Shown here in pieces: positions 7,721 to 17,042 of a DNA stretch of 62,146 bases (positions are counted from its first letter, which is position 1; each line of letters opens with the position of its first letter). A program made the translations under genes and the position numbers. The notes below the pieces were generated by a model, which had not been told where the DNA came from, searched no databases, and saw only the letters and a list, made by a program, of their open reading frames with translations. This stretch comes from a virus (lineage: Duplodnaviria; Caudoviricetes), in the IMG/VR virus record IMGVR_UViG_3300047311_000415, positions 1 to 62,146 of that record; one strand, given 5' to 3'.

Positions 7721-9814
7721 ATGAAAAACGTTAGCATTGAAAGATATCGCAACATTGGAATTATGGCTCACATTGACGCTGGTAAGACCACAGTAAGCGA
7801 ACGAATTCTCTTTTATGCCGGACTCATTCATGTTATGGGTGAAGTCCATGATGGTGACACAGTGATGGATGATGACCCTCGCGAGAAGACTCGTGGCATC
7901 ACTATCAACTCGGCAGCCACCACTCTGTACTGGAAAGGTTCTGATAACTCTCAACCCGACCATCGCATCAACCTAATTGACACCCCAGGCCATATTGACT
8001 TCACTGTTGAAGTGGAAAGGTCCCTCCGCGTTCTTGACGGAGCCGTCTGTGTATTGGACGGATCCCAAGGCGTTGAACCTCAAACCGAACAAGTGTGGCG
8101 TCAAGCTGACCGCTACAACGTAGCCCGTATCTGCTTTGTCAACAAGATGGATAAGGCCGGCGCTAATTTCAATATGTCCGTTGACTCTCTTCGTGAGAAG
8201 CTAGGAGTCAAGGTTGTTCCTATTCAGCTTCCTTATGGGGAAGAGGAGCAGTTCAATGGCATCATTGACCTTATCAATATGAGAGTCGTTAGGTTTGACG
8301 ACTCTACTAAGGGCAAGTCATTTTCATTTATGACTATGGATTACCTTCCCGATAGTTTGATGTGTCATATTCATCGGGCTAGGGAACGTATGCTTGAAGC
8401 TCTAGCTGATGTCAGCGACTCCATCATGGAGAAGTTCCTAGAAGGGAGACTGAATGATATCTCTGTTGAAGAGATTCATGCGGCCCTCCGTAAGGGAACA
8501 GTGTCTCGCACTCTCTATCCAGTTCTTTGTGGCTCTGCTCTAAAGAACAAGGGCGTGCAGATGCTCCTTGATGCTGTCCTAGCCTATCTACCATCTCCGG
8601 TTGACCTTCCTCCTGTGTCTGGTATCAATCCAAACAATGATGAACAAGTCAATCGCCGATTGGTTGATGAGGAACCGTTGTCTGCTTTGGTGTTCAAAAT
8701 CATTAGCGAAGACACTGGTAACCTAACCTTCATCCGAGTTTACTCGGGCGTTCTGCGTTCTGGTAGCTATGTTTACAATGCTACCCGAGACGATGATGAA
8801 CGTGTCTCTCGCTTAGTGCTCATGCACTCCAGTGATAGACAGAAGATTGATGAGGCCAGAGCGGGTGACATTGTAGCTGCTATTGGCTTGAAGAATAGTT
8901 ATACTGGCGACACCTTGTGTGAGGGAAAGAATCCTATCATCCTAGAGAAGATGGACTTTCCTGATCCAGTGGTGGAGCTTTCTATTGAGCCGAAGACCTC
9001 GGCCGACTATGACAAGCTGGCCATTGCTCTACAGAAGATGCTGCTTGAAGACCCAAGCCTCAAGGCTTACACTGACCCAGAGACTGCTCAGACTATTCTG
9101 AAAGGTATGGGTGAGCTTCACCTTGAGATTGTAGTTGACAAGCTGCGTACTGACCGTGGTGTAGGTGTTACGACTGGGCAACCTCGTGTTTCCTATCGTG
9201 AGACTATCACCAAGGAAAGCGGCGCTGACTATAAGCATAAGGCACAGAATGGTGGTAAGGGAGTCTACGGACATGCCGTTATCTCCGTCAAGCCAGGCGC
9301 TAGAGGATCTGGATTTGTTTTCAAAGACCAAGTGGTCGGAGGAAAGATTCCAAGGGAGTTCATCCCATCCGTCGAGAAAGGCATCAAGAATGCTCTTCAA
9401 AACGGAATCTACTCTGGCAATCCAACGGTTGACATTGAGGTTACTCTCTTAGATGGTAGCACTCATGCAGTCGATGGTTGTGCTTTTGGTTTTGAGTTGG
9501 CTGGTTCTAAAGCTATCCAAGAAGCTGTCCTAGCTGCGGGTCCAACTGTGTTGGAACCAATCATGGCAGTGGAAGTGGTAGCACCAGGGGATTACATGGG
9601 CGATGTTATCGGTGTCTTGTCTGCGAGAGCAGGTCAGATTACTGACACATTGTCTCGTGGTAATGCGAGAGTTATACAGGCCAACGTGCCATTGAGGAAT
9701 CTCTTCGGAGTAACTACTGACCTTCGTGGTCGTACTCAAGGCAGGGCGGTACCTAGTATGGTCTTCTCTCACTACGATTACTGTTCTCTGAAACCTTCGG
9801 AGCTTGATAAGTGA
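7721..9814 (+). CDS. fusA: elongation factor G
   Basis: RNIGIMAHIDAGKTT, RGITI, DTPGHIDF, NKMD, GMGELHLEI, YRETI; 697 aa. Confidence 0.97.
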   Translation: MKNVSIERYRNIGIMAHIDAGKTTVSERILFYAGLIHVMGEVHDGDTVMDDDPREKTRGITINSAATTLYWKGSDNSQPDHRINLIDTPGHIDFTVEVERSLRVLDGAVCVLDGSQGVEPQTEQVWRQADRYNVARICFVNKMDKAGANFNMSVDSLREKLGVKVVPIQLPYGEEEQFNGIIDLINMRVVRFDDSTKGKSFSFMTMDYLPDSLMCHIHRARERMLEALADVSDSIMEKFLEGRLNDISVEEIHAALRKGTVSRTLYPVLCGSALKNKGVQMLLDAVLAYLPSPVDLPPVSGINPNNDEQVNRRLVDEEPLSALVFKIISEDTGNLTFIRVYSGVLRSGSYVYNATRDDDERVSRLVLMHSSDRQKIDEARAGDIVAAIGLKNSYTGDTLCEGKNPIILEKMDFPDPVVELSIEPKTSADYDKLAIALQKMLLEDPSLKAYTDPETAQTILKGMGELHLEIVVDKLRTDRGVGVTTGQPRVSYRETITKESGADYKHKAQNGGKGVYGHAVISVKPGARGSGFVFKDQVVGGKIPREFIPSVEKGIKNALQNGIYSGNPTVDIEVTLLDGSTHAVDGCAFGFELAGSKAIQEAVLAAGPTVLEPIMAVEVVAPGDYMGDVIGVLSARAGQITDTLSRGNARVIQANVPLRNLFGVTTDLRGRTQGRAVPSMVFSHYDYCSLKPSELDK

Positions 9815-10038
9815 GTGAAGAGAAAATGATGGGAAAACTCACCAGGGTCGCTACCGAAACTGGTGGTCTCTCTGGTGAGTCTTCCTGGTCATTTTTTAAA
9901 GGCGATATGTTCATCTGTAAGATGACTCTTACAGAATGCCAAGTAAGTTTCCCTTACCTATCGTTTGACGATATGAACACTAAAGAGTTCGGGCTTCTCA
10001 TGATGAAGAAGCTCAAGTATATGAAAGCGTTTTGGTAA
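9811..10038 (+). CDS. hypothetical protein with C-terminal tail motif (...KLKYMKAFW)
   Basis: 75 aa ORF with a GTGA overlap. Confidence 0.7.
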   Translation: MSEEKMMGKLTRVATETGGLSGESSWSFFKGDMFICKMTLTECQVSFPYLSFDDMNTKEFGLLMMKKLKYMKAFW

Positions 10039-10796
10039 TGATTCTAATTACACAACAGAGAGTGGGTCAGGCTTACGGCGAGATCCTAGCCATGCAGATT
10101 GCTGCAAGGGAGAAGGGCTGGGAAGTCCTCACTGCGCCCTCTGGCTGGCGTTTGGATGAGTCTTTGACTCAATCAGGCATCAAGGGCGTGCCCTACGGCT
10201 CTCAGACGTTCTGCGAGGTTATAGCGCAGCAGATGGGCTGGACTTTGAAGCAGAACAGTTTTGACTGGCTGTCCAGGCTACATCCCTACTATTTGAAGCG
10301 TAAAGTTGAGTTCATGACCTTGGATGAGGCCAAGAAACTCACGGAGACCAAGTTCATCAAGCCGGCTGACGACAAAGTCTTCACGGCTGGTGTGTATGCT
10401 CCTGGCACTCTCATTACTCATGAGGTTGTTCCGGGCGACACTCCTACTCTGGTTTCAGAGGTAGTGGAGTGGGATTTGGAATATCGAACCTTCGTTGACA
10501 AGAGGGTCCGCACTTGGTCCAATTATGTTTGTTTCGACCACATCGCTGACCATAGATTCTGGAATATGGTTCCGCTTGAGGAGGATCGTTACCCTCACGA
10601 CTTCGTTGATGATCTGCTTCATGATATGGAGTTTCATGACATGGGCGGACTTGTTACGGTCCCGAGCGTTATAGATGTCGGTAGAATCAAAGGAAAGGGT
10701 TGGGCCATCATCGAGACCAACCAAGCTTGGGCTTCCGGTCTTTATGGCTGCGGACCAATGCAAGTCCTGAAAGTATTGGAGCAAAGCTGTGAGTGA
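10032..10796 (+). CDS. ATP-grasp domain protein (DUF4343/R2K-like) 1
   Basis: FIKPADDKVF, EYRTFV, VIDVG, WAIIETN, SGLYG. Confidence 0.8.
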   Translation: MVMILITQQRVGQAYGEILAMQIAAREKGWEVLTAPSGWRLDESLTQSGIKGVPYGSQTFCEVIAQQMGWTLKQNSFDWLSRLHPYYLKRKVEFMTLDEAKKLTETKFIKPADDKVFTAGVYAPGTLITHEVVPGDTPTLVSEVVEWDLEYRTFVDKRVRTWSNYVCFDHIADHRFWNMVPLEEDRYPHDFVDDLLHDMEFHDMGGLVTVPSVIDVGRIKGKGWAIIETNQAWASGLYGCGPMQVLKVLEQSCE

Positions 10797-11295
10797 AGAA
10801 AGAGAAGATCCTTCTGCTGGGTTGTTTACGGTAACTTGTGAGGCTTGCAAGAATGTTTTTCCTGCTGAAGATAGGAAGTGTTCTTGCGGCCTCAGCAAGG
10901 GAGAACTTAAACTAGACATAGACAAGATGCTGAATCGCATTTATGAGAAGTGTGCTAGTGGTAAACGAGCTGATGGCTTGGACACTGTGTTTGACGTATT
11001 CTGGAACCTTCATGCCAAGTGGGATCTCATGAATGAGATTCTGACCAAGGCTGATGTTACCAAACTGAACGAATCTCTAATGGTTGGCTTCATGGTACAG
11101 ACTTTCAAGTACATCAAGCAGGTCCCGGCTCATCTTGAGTTCTGTGATAGGGTTGAAGCCCAAATGAGAGTTCTAGGTAAGTCTGATGAAGAGATTGAAG
11201 ACTTGGTAGGCAACTACCGCGAGACCGGAGACTACTGGGAGAGCATGAAAGCTTATGGCGCTCCTGAATGGTTGTCTGGCCCTAAACCAGAGTAA
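10789..11295 (+). CDS. hypothetical protein with N-terminal Zn-ribbon
   Basis: CEAC...CSC; 168 aa. Confidence 0.75.
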   Translation: MSEEREDPSAGLFTVTCEACKNVFPAEDRKCSCGLSKGELKLDIDKMLNRIYEKCASGKRADGLDTVFDVFWNLHAKWDLMNEILTKADVTKLNESLMVGFMVQTFKYIKQVPAHLEFCDRVEAQMRVLGKSDEEIEDLVGNYRETGDYWESMKAYGAPEWLSGPKPE

Positions 11296-11306
11296 AAGAG
11301 GAAGTT

Positions 11307-11567
11307 ATGGATAAAGAAATGGTGAAGCATCTGTTGGATGCTCCTGATAGTCAATTGGACGCGGCCATGAAACCACTCATCGAAAAGTGGGGAGACCCCG
11401 CAACACCTACACAGATTCTGGAAGTGTTGGATCATTGTATCCACGGCTCGTTGGCTAGTGGATTTGTTGTATCTTTACTTCAAGTCATGTATGACATGTC
11501 TTGCAAGGTTCACAATACCACCCACGAAGAAGTGGTGAAGACCGCAACTTGGCGCAACACGGTATAA
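11307..11567 (+). CDS. hypothetical protein
   Basis: 86 aa ORF with a GAGGA SD. Confidence 0.75.
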   Translation: MDKEMVKHLLDAPDSQLDAAMKPLIEKWGDPATPTQILEVLDHCIHGSLASGFVVSLLQVMYDMSCKVHNTTHEEVVKTATWRNTV

Positions 11568-11581
11568 GATAGTATGGGGTT

Positions 11582-12001
11582 ATGAGCAACCTACTAATTT
11601 TTCTTTGCATTCTATTGTGGGGAGTAAGCTCGTTCCTCAATAGATTATCTGTCGAGCGTATGCCACCACTGTTGATGCAAGTCATAGTGGGATCAGTTTT
11701 CTTTTTCTATATTCCTGTAGCCTTGAAGCTCACTGGAGTAAACAACCCGCTCCATTACAAATGGTCCTGGTATAGCGTAACTCTAACTGTGTTTGCAACA
11801 CTGTGCTCAATTACTGCTAACATTCTACTGTATACTAGTATAAAGGGTAGCGCCACATCAGGATCATCCACTATGATGGTCTCACTGTACCCAATAGTTA
11901 CATTCATACTCTCCATATTCATATTGCATGAATCATTTTCAATTATGAAGATAATTGGAGTGGCGGTAATGTTAGCTGGTGCCTACATGATGACGAAGTG
12001 A
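11582..12001 (+). CDS. EamA/DMT family membrane protein
   Basis: Five hydrophobic helices; LWG, SLYPIVT, ILHESF...KIIG motifs. Confidence 0.85.
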   Translation: MSNLLIFLCILLWGVSSFLNRLSVERMPPLLMQVIVGSVFFFYIPVALKLTGVNNPLHYKWSWYSVTLTVFATLCSITANILLYTSIKGSATSGSSTMMVSLYPIVTFILSIFILHESFSIMKIIGVAVMLAGAYMMTK

Positions 12002-12313
12002 TTACTTCTTCTTTTTCTTAGCTGGCTTGCCGCCCATCTTGCGGTATACATCATAGACTACTGCCCAAGGCTCTTCGTAGCCTTTCCAGTATTTCTTGAC
12101 GGCTTTCTTCGCGCGCTTCCAAACCTTTTCATCAATCAGGTTCACATCTTGGGCCTGATTATTATCTTTTTTAGAGAGTGATTTGATGAAGGCAGCTTCT
12201 TCTGGACTGAAATCAGAAGCCTTCTTATCAGCCGGTGCCTTGTCGGCAAGCTGATGTTCAGCAATCTTGATTGTGAATTCTGAGGCTAATTCAGCCACTT
12301 TTTCGAAGCTCAT
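12002..12313 (-). CDS. basic hypothetical protein with N-terminal 'KVAELASEF' motif
   Basis: Fills the gap between plus-strand genes; WKRAK...YRKMGG tail. Confidence 0.8.
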   Translation of the reverse strand: MSFEKVAELASEFTIKIAEHQLADKAPADKKASDFSPEEAAFIKSLSKKDNNQAQDVNLIDEKVWKRAKKAVKKYWKGYEEPWAVVYDVYRKMGGKPAKKKKK

Positions 12314-12335
12314 ACCTTAATGTAAGGATATTAAT

Positions 12336-12980
12336 ATGATAGACAAGCCTATAATCGTTGGCTGTGATGAAGTTGGGTATGGCTGCTTGGCTGGCCCGCT
12401 AGTTGTGGTCGGGGTGAGAGCGCCCAAGGATTGGAAGATAGACGGCCTAAACGATTCCAAGAAATTGTCCGCCAAGAAGCGTGAGGCGTTGCTCCTCCCA
12501 CTGATGAAACTCGTTCAGAGCAAAGATATAAGTTACCACCTAGCCGAGCGTAGCAATACCGAGATTGACAAAGTAGGAGTTGCTGTTGCCCTCAAGGATG
12601 CTTATGTTGAATGTTTCAAGGCTTTGTATCAAGAAGATTGCCTGATAATTAGCGACGGAATCTTAAAATTTGACGGCCTGGGCGTCGATGATTACGATAA
12701 AGTTTCAGTCATCAAAGCCGATACCAAGTACGCCGCTGTAATGGCGGCCAGTATCATTGCTAAGACTTATCGTGATGATAAGATGCACCAATTGCATCAC
12801 ACCTATCCTAACTATGGTTGGGATCATAATGTAGGATATCCAGCCACAGATCATCGAGAGGCTATTGAAAAGTATGGGCCTTGTCCATTGCATCGCATGT
12901 CATATGCCCCAATGAGGTATATGAAGATTGCTGACCCAAGGCAACTACCATTGGACTTTAAAAATGGAAAATCTATATAA
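12336..12980 (+). CDS. rnhB: ribonuclease HII
   Basis: GCDEVGYG, AGPLVV, DSKKL, IKAD, AASIIAK, GYP...H...GPCPLHRMSY. Confidence 0.94.
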   Translation: MIDKPIIVGCDEVGYGCLAGPLVVVGVRAPKDWKIDGLNDSKKLSAKKREALLLPLMKLVQSKDISYHLAERSNTEIDKVGVAVALKDAYVECFKALYQEDCLIISDGILKFDGLGVDDYDKVSVIKADTKYAAVMAASIIAKTYRDDKMHQLHHTYPNYGWDHNVGYPATDHREAIEKYGPCPLHRMSYAPMRYMKIADPRQLPLDFKNGKSI

Positions 12981-13665
12981 TTCCAACGGATTAGTGTTCT
13001 GGTTCGAAGAAGAAATTCGAATCCGTGAAATGCTCAAGCAGCATTTTGTGGCAGCAGTTTCTTCCAATCTGAAAATTCAGAACCGCGGTTTCGAAATTCT
13101 TCAAGTAGAAGCTCCTTTGATTACTCCTCGTAGACTAATTAATGCTAATTACACGGCACTTGATGTTTATGAGCTGGATGAAGTGGATCAGTTCGCTGAG
13201 AATGCCGAACTAGTGTTGCGACCAGAAACCACTATGGGATCCTACAAGGCCCTAGAGTATTTACTAAACACTCACAATGACCGCAAGATCAAGTTGCCTC
13301 TTTGTGTCTGGCAGCATGGAAAGAGTTTTCGTAGGGAACAAGACCAGCCGACTAAGTTCATGAGGCTAAAGGAATTCTATCAGTTAGAGTTTCAGATTGC
13401 CTACAGTGCTAGTACGGCCAATGACTACTCTATTAGTTTGGTCCCAGCCGTTCAACAGGCCATCTCAGAAATGATTGGGCCGTGTCGAATCGAACCTAGT
13501 GACCGCTTACCGGACTATTCTGAATCAACAACCGATATTATCTGTAATACTAACGATATGGAAGTCTGTTCTATTTCTAAAAGAAAAGACTTCCCCGATG
13601 CAAAGATTCTAGAAGTCGCTATTGGAACAGATCGTTGTGTGTATAATTTTCTACAACGAAGGTAA
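12964..13665 (+). CDS. class II aminoacyl-tRNA synthetase catalytic core, glycyl-tRNA synthetase (alpha2 type)-like, no anticodon-binding domain
   Basis: LRPETTMG, QHGKSFRRE (motif 2), MRLKEFYQLEFQ, LEVAIGTDR (motif 3); the protein ends a few residues after motif 3. Confidence 0.8.
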   Translation: MENLYNSNGLVFWFEEEIRIREMLKQHFVAAVSSNLKIQNRGFEILQVEAPLITPRRLINANYTALDVYELDEVDQFAENAELVLRPETTMGSYKALEYLLNTHNDRKIKLPLCVWQHGKSFRREQDQPTKFMRLKEFYQLEFQIAYSASTANDYSISLVPAVQQAISEMIGPCRIEPSDRLPDYSESTTDIICNTNDMEVCSISKRKDFPDAKILEVAIGTDRCVYNFLQRR

Positions 13666-13667
13666 AA

Positions 13668-13877
13668 ATGGAATCCGATTATCAAAAGAAGGTTAGGCAT
13701 ACCTGTGCTCGCATCGCATTTCTAATGGAGCATCAAACGATTGTTCCAGATTTGAAAGAGATGGTTTCAGAAATCAATCCTGAAGGCAATAGCTTTGCCG
13801 ATTCTGGAGAATATCTGAAGGGCGCACAAGACGCTTTGAACTATCTACTAGGATTCTTAGAGCAAAAGGGATCATGA
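13668..13877 (+). CDS. hypothetical protein
   Basis: 69 aa ORF. Confidence 0.7.
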   Translation: MESDYQKKVRHTCARIAFLMEHQTIVPDLKEMVSEINPEGNSFADSGEYLKGAQDALNYLLGFLEQKGS

Positions 13878-14149
13878 TGAAGACAGATATCGCAACCCTA
13901 ATCTTTTCTATAAGGAAAGCTTTTAGGGATGATTTCAAAAAGCTTGGGACACTAACCGGCGAAGATCATTCTAATCTTCTTGATATGATAGAGCAGGGAT
14001 CATTAAAAATGATTCTCGATGCGGGCTATACCGAATCAGAATTCTATGAAGAGCAAGGGAAATGCTTTATGGATTTTTCTTCAAGCAATCCAGATGAATG
14101 GATTGTCAAGCTCGACCCAGAGAATGCTCATGTAATTTCAGACAATTAA
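13874..14149 (+). CDS. hypothetical protein
   Basis: 91 aa ORF with an ATGA overlap. Confidence 0.7.
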   Translation: MMKTDIATLIFSIRKAFRDDFKKLGTLTGEDHSNLLDMIEQGSLKMILDAGYTESEFYEEQGKCFMDFSSSNPDEWIVKLDPENAHVISDN

Positions 14150-14182
14150 CTATCAATAATGTGTGATATATAGCACACATAT

Positions 14183-14257
14183 CGTGGTGTAGCAAATCGG
14201 ATATGCAACGGTTTCATACGCCGTCCCAAGTGGGTTCGACTCCCACCACCACGACCA
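14183..14257 (+). tRNA. tRNA with CAT anticodon (elongator Met or Ile2)
   Basis: CGTGGTG/CACCACG (1:72 is paired, so not an initiator), ACGGT-TTCATAC-GCCGT, ends ACCA. Confidence 0.9.
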
Positions 14258-14259
14258 AA

Positions 14260-14655
14260 TTAGTTCGCAGCAACCCCTGCGCCTGGAGTTCTTCCAGAGT
14301 ATTGCAGAGTCGTAGTTCCCGGATACACTTGAGGAAAGTCCTTAATGTGTCTATCAAGATACTTCTTAATTTGTGCTGGCAATCTAGCATAGTTACCTGC
14401 AACTTGTGCTGGTTCAACTGATGGAGCCGATACTTCAACATTCGTGCCACCCATCATTCCTGAAGAAATGGTGACGCTAATACTCAAATCAGCCTGATCT
14501 CTCTTTAGTTGGGCAGGGAAATCCATAATACCATTAGCACTGCTTTCGCCATAACCGGCGGCATTTTGAATGATTTCCTGAAGGTTCTGCGATTGAGCGT
14601 ACTTGTTTTGGAATTTGTTGGCTAGTTTTAGAAGTAGGGCTTGAGACTTTTTCAT
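14260..14655 (-). CDS. hypothetical protein with N-terminal 'LLKLANKF...KYAQ' motif
   Basis: 131 aa ORF that fits exactly between tRNA genes. Confidence 0.8.
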   Translation of the reverse strand: MKKSQALLLKLANKFQNKYAQSQNLQEIIQNAAGYGESSANGIMDFPAQLKRDQADLSISVTISSGMMGGTNVEVSAPSVEPAQVAGNYARLPAQIKKYLDRHIKDFPQVYPGTTTLQYSGRTPGAGVAAN

Positions 14656-14696
14656 ACAAGATATATGGCTTTAGTGGTATATAAGATACCGAAAAT

Positions 14697-14771
14697 GGTC
14701 GATTAACTCAGCGGTAGAGTGATGCCCTTACAAGGCGTAAGTCGGGGGTTCGAATCCCTCATCGACTACCA
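14697..14771 (+). tRNA. tRNA-Val(TAC)
   Basis: ATGCC-CTTACAA-GGCGT, ends ACCA. Confidence 0.94.
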
Positions 14772-14776
14772 AATAT

Positions 14777-14850
14777 TGGAGATTAGCTCAATGGTAGAGC
14801 GTCGGTTTTACACTCCGAAGACCAGGGTTCGATTCCCTAATTTCCAACCA
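14777..14850 (+). tRNA. tRNA-Val(TAC), second copy
   Basis: TGGAGAT/ATTTCCA, loop TTTACAC, ends ACCA. Confidence 0.88.
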
Positions 14851-14857
14851 ATACCAT

Positions 14858-14931
14858 GGGCGGTTATCTCAATGGTAGAGTGGTAGCATGACTCGCTATC
14901 TACGTGGGTTCGATTCCCTCACTGCCTACCA
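14858..14931 (+). tRNA. tRNA-Val(GAC)
   Basis: GTAGC-ATGACTC-GCTAT, ends ACCA; atypical A32 and U37. Confidence 0.85.
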
Positions 14932-14939
14932 GGAGAACA

Positions 14940-15215
14940 ATGATAATTAGAGGCGTTGGTAGTCATAGGAATCTAAAAGGCCAAGAAAAGATTCATGACG
15001 GCCCGTCGCACGGCAATGTTGCTCATGGCCATGCAAATTCTGGCCAGGTACACGTCCTAACAGTGGATGGCATTGAATACTTTATGTGTCAACCAGATGG
15101 TATTCTAGAAGGTAATTCATTTTTCGCCGGCATCAACAATAAGACTATTGATGTAGAAGGTGAATTTGTTGCTGGCATTATAGTTGTTACTTCATGGACC
15201 AAAGTCGGCCCATAA
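14940..15215 (+). CDS. hypothetical protein
   Basis: AGGAG SD overlaps the tRNA 3' end; begins MIIRGVGSH. Confidence 0.7.
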   Translation: MIIRGVGSHRNLKGQEKIHDGPSHGNVAHGHANSGQVHVLTVDGIEYFMCQPDGILEGNSFFAGINNKTIDVEGEFVAGIIVVTSWTKVGP

Positions 15216-15228
15216 CATTAATATACAC

Positions 15229-15456
15229 ATGCAAAAGTTAAGCATCTTTGATGATGGCAATTTTATTGCCCGGATTTCATTCATGGACGGGATTAGTTTC
15301 CTATTTGCCCGCACTTCAAGACAGTGGTCAGATATGAAGAGACTATTAGATTCTGTGGAGAAGTTATATGAGGCTGACTCAACTGTTGATGTGGTTAGTA
15401 GTCTAGTCAAGATGCTTCATAGTTTCAACTACAGTACGGAGCTAATTAATGAGTAG
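15229..15456 (+). CDS. hypothetical protein
   Basis: 75 aa ORF beginning MQKLSIFDD. Confidence 0.6.
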   Translation: MQKLSIFDDGNFIARISFMDGISFLFARTSRQWSDMKRLLDSVEKLYEADSTVDVVSSLVKMLHSFNYSTELINE

Positions 15457-15670
15457 TACAGAAAATTTTGATGGACTCTGCGGTATCATTGCCGAGTTTG
15501 CATCATCTGGCAACCAAATACGTTGTCATTACGAATTGGGCCATGGTGGCCCCTGCTCATTCAAGAAATATAGTAATCCACATAGAGGATTTGCAGGTTG
15601 TTTTTCAAGACCTGATCCTGAACGTGGATTCATTGAGTCTGTCATTTATCACAATGACGACGACAAATAA
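15449..15670 (+). CDS. hypothetical protein
   Basis: 73 aa with C...C.YELGHGGPC, possibly Zn-binding. Confidence 0.6.
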   Translation: MSSTENFDGLCGIIAEFASSGNQIRCHYELGHGGPCSFKKYSNPHRGFAGCFSRPDPERGFIESVIYHNDDDK

Positions 15671-15685
15671 ACAGGAAAATCAGGA

Positions 15686-15976
15686 ATGATTGATGAAAAT
15701 AAATTCTGGGATTTAGTTCGCCAGTGGGAGTTTGATACAAGAACCAGCTCCTCAGCAAACCAAATCCTTGGCCATCCATCTGTGGCCGGTATAGTTCGGA
15801 TGGGACAAGAAGTAATTCCACTAGTGTTGAAGGCAATGAAAGAGAACTACCACTTCACTTACATCCTACATCAGCTAACTGGCGAGTGGCCAGTCAAAGA
15901 GGAATACAAGGGCAATGGTCCGAGGATCATTGACTGCTGGCGGCAGTGGGCTAAGAAGCACGGCTACCAAGCCTAA
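15686..15976 (+). CDS. hypothetical protein
   Basis: 96 aa ORF with an AGGA SD. Confidence 0.75.
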   Translation: MIDENKFWDLVRQWEFDTRTSSSANQILGHPSVAGIVRMGQEVIPLVLKAMKENYHFTYILHQLTGEWPVKEEYKGNGPRIIDCWRQWAKKHGYQA

Positions 15977-15980
15977 AAGC

Positions 15981-16016
15981 AAAAACGCGAGGTGTTTAGC
16001 CTCGCGTTTCGTTTTT
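15981..16016. terminator. bidirectional intrinsic terminator
   Basis: AAACGCGAGG-TGTTTAG-CCTCGCGTTT flanked by A and T tracts, between convergent genes. Confidence 0.8.
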
Positions 16017-16036
16017 GATTCAAGTAAAGTTACTGA

Positions 16037-16960
16037 TTAGAGTAGAGTCCAGGTGGTTCCGTTCCAAGACCAAGTCTGCTGTGAAGCATAGTTGTCTGTG
16101 GCGCTGAATCCGCCGAACAATAGGACTTTGCCGCTCTGAGCGTCCCAGCACATCTGGCCATAGGTTAGTCCTGGTGGGGAGGTTGCTGGAGCCTTCTGGA
16201 GCCAAGTAGAGCCATCATAAGTCCAGGTCTCTGGTAGACGATAGTATTCATTCATACCACCGAAGAGAACCCAAACGTTGTTTGTTTGGTCATAAGCCAT
16301 TGTGGCGCCTGCTCTAGCTGAAGGAGAGGTAGCTGGAGCTTGCAAAGTCCAGGTAGTACCATCATACTTCCAAGTATCATTTTTGAATTCACCGCTGCTG
16401 ATATTGCCGCCGAACATTACTAAGTAAGAAGGTCCGCCTGCCATACAGTGGTTGATTCTAGCTGAAGGAGAAGTTGCTGGGGCCTGGAGAGTCCAAGTCT
16501 GAGCATTGCCATCCCACTTCCAAGTCTCATTGATGTACTTAGCGTTTCCACCATAACCACCAAACATTGTAACGTTTAGAGCGGTAAGGGTTGAACGACA
16601 AGCTTGAGCATCAGTACGGCCAAATGGCTTAGTAGCTGGAGACTGTCTAGCCCAGAATGTACCATTCCAAAGCCAGGTATCATTTAGATAGCCGACAGTG
16701 GAAGAGTCACCTTGACCGCCGAACAACATTACGTTGTAGCCGTCATAGCCATCAGCCATGTTAAGACGACCTGGTAGGGGGCCATTGGCGTCAATTAAAG
16801 TAGTTCCGGTGTTGGTCCAGTCAGTACCGTTCCAAGTCCAAGTTTCATTTAAGAAATTAGATTGACCTGGGTAGGCTCCTGTGTCCATCAAAACTACTTC
16901 GTTTGGCCCACGTTGGACCATAAAAGAATTTGCGCAACGAAGTGGAGTGTGAGTTGTCAT
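16037..16960 (-). CDS. Kelch/galactose oxidase-type beta-propeller protein
   Basis: About six repeats of P(S)AR...LFGG...TW.(W/Y)DG..WT; AGAGGA SD. Confidence 0.85.
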   Translation of the reverse strand: MTTHTPLRCANSFMVQRGPNEVVLMDTGAYPGQSNFLNETWTWNGTDWTNTGTTLIDANGPLPGRLNMADGYDGYNVMLFGGQGDSSTVGYLNDTWLWNGTFWARQSPATKPFGRTDAQACRSTLTALNVTMFGGYGGNAKYINETWKWDGNAQTWTLQAPATSPSARINHCMAGGPSYLVMFGGNISSGEFKNDTWKYDGTTWTLQAPATSPSARAGATMAYDQTNNVWVLFGGMNEYYRLPETWTYDGSTWLQKAPATSPPGLTYGQMCWDAQSGKVLLFGGFSATDNYASQQTWSWNGTTWTLL

Positions 16961-17042
16961 ATTATCCTCTTTAAGTGAATCAAAAACTTAAAAGCTTATT
17001 TGTATGGCATATAAGTGATAGAATAATTGTAAGGAAAAAGCT

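Noticed and set aside
14183-14257. Initiator tRNA-fMet
   Set aside because: The 1:72 position is paired and the anticodon stem lacks three consecutive G-C pairs.
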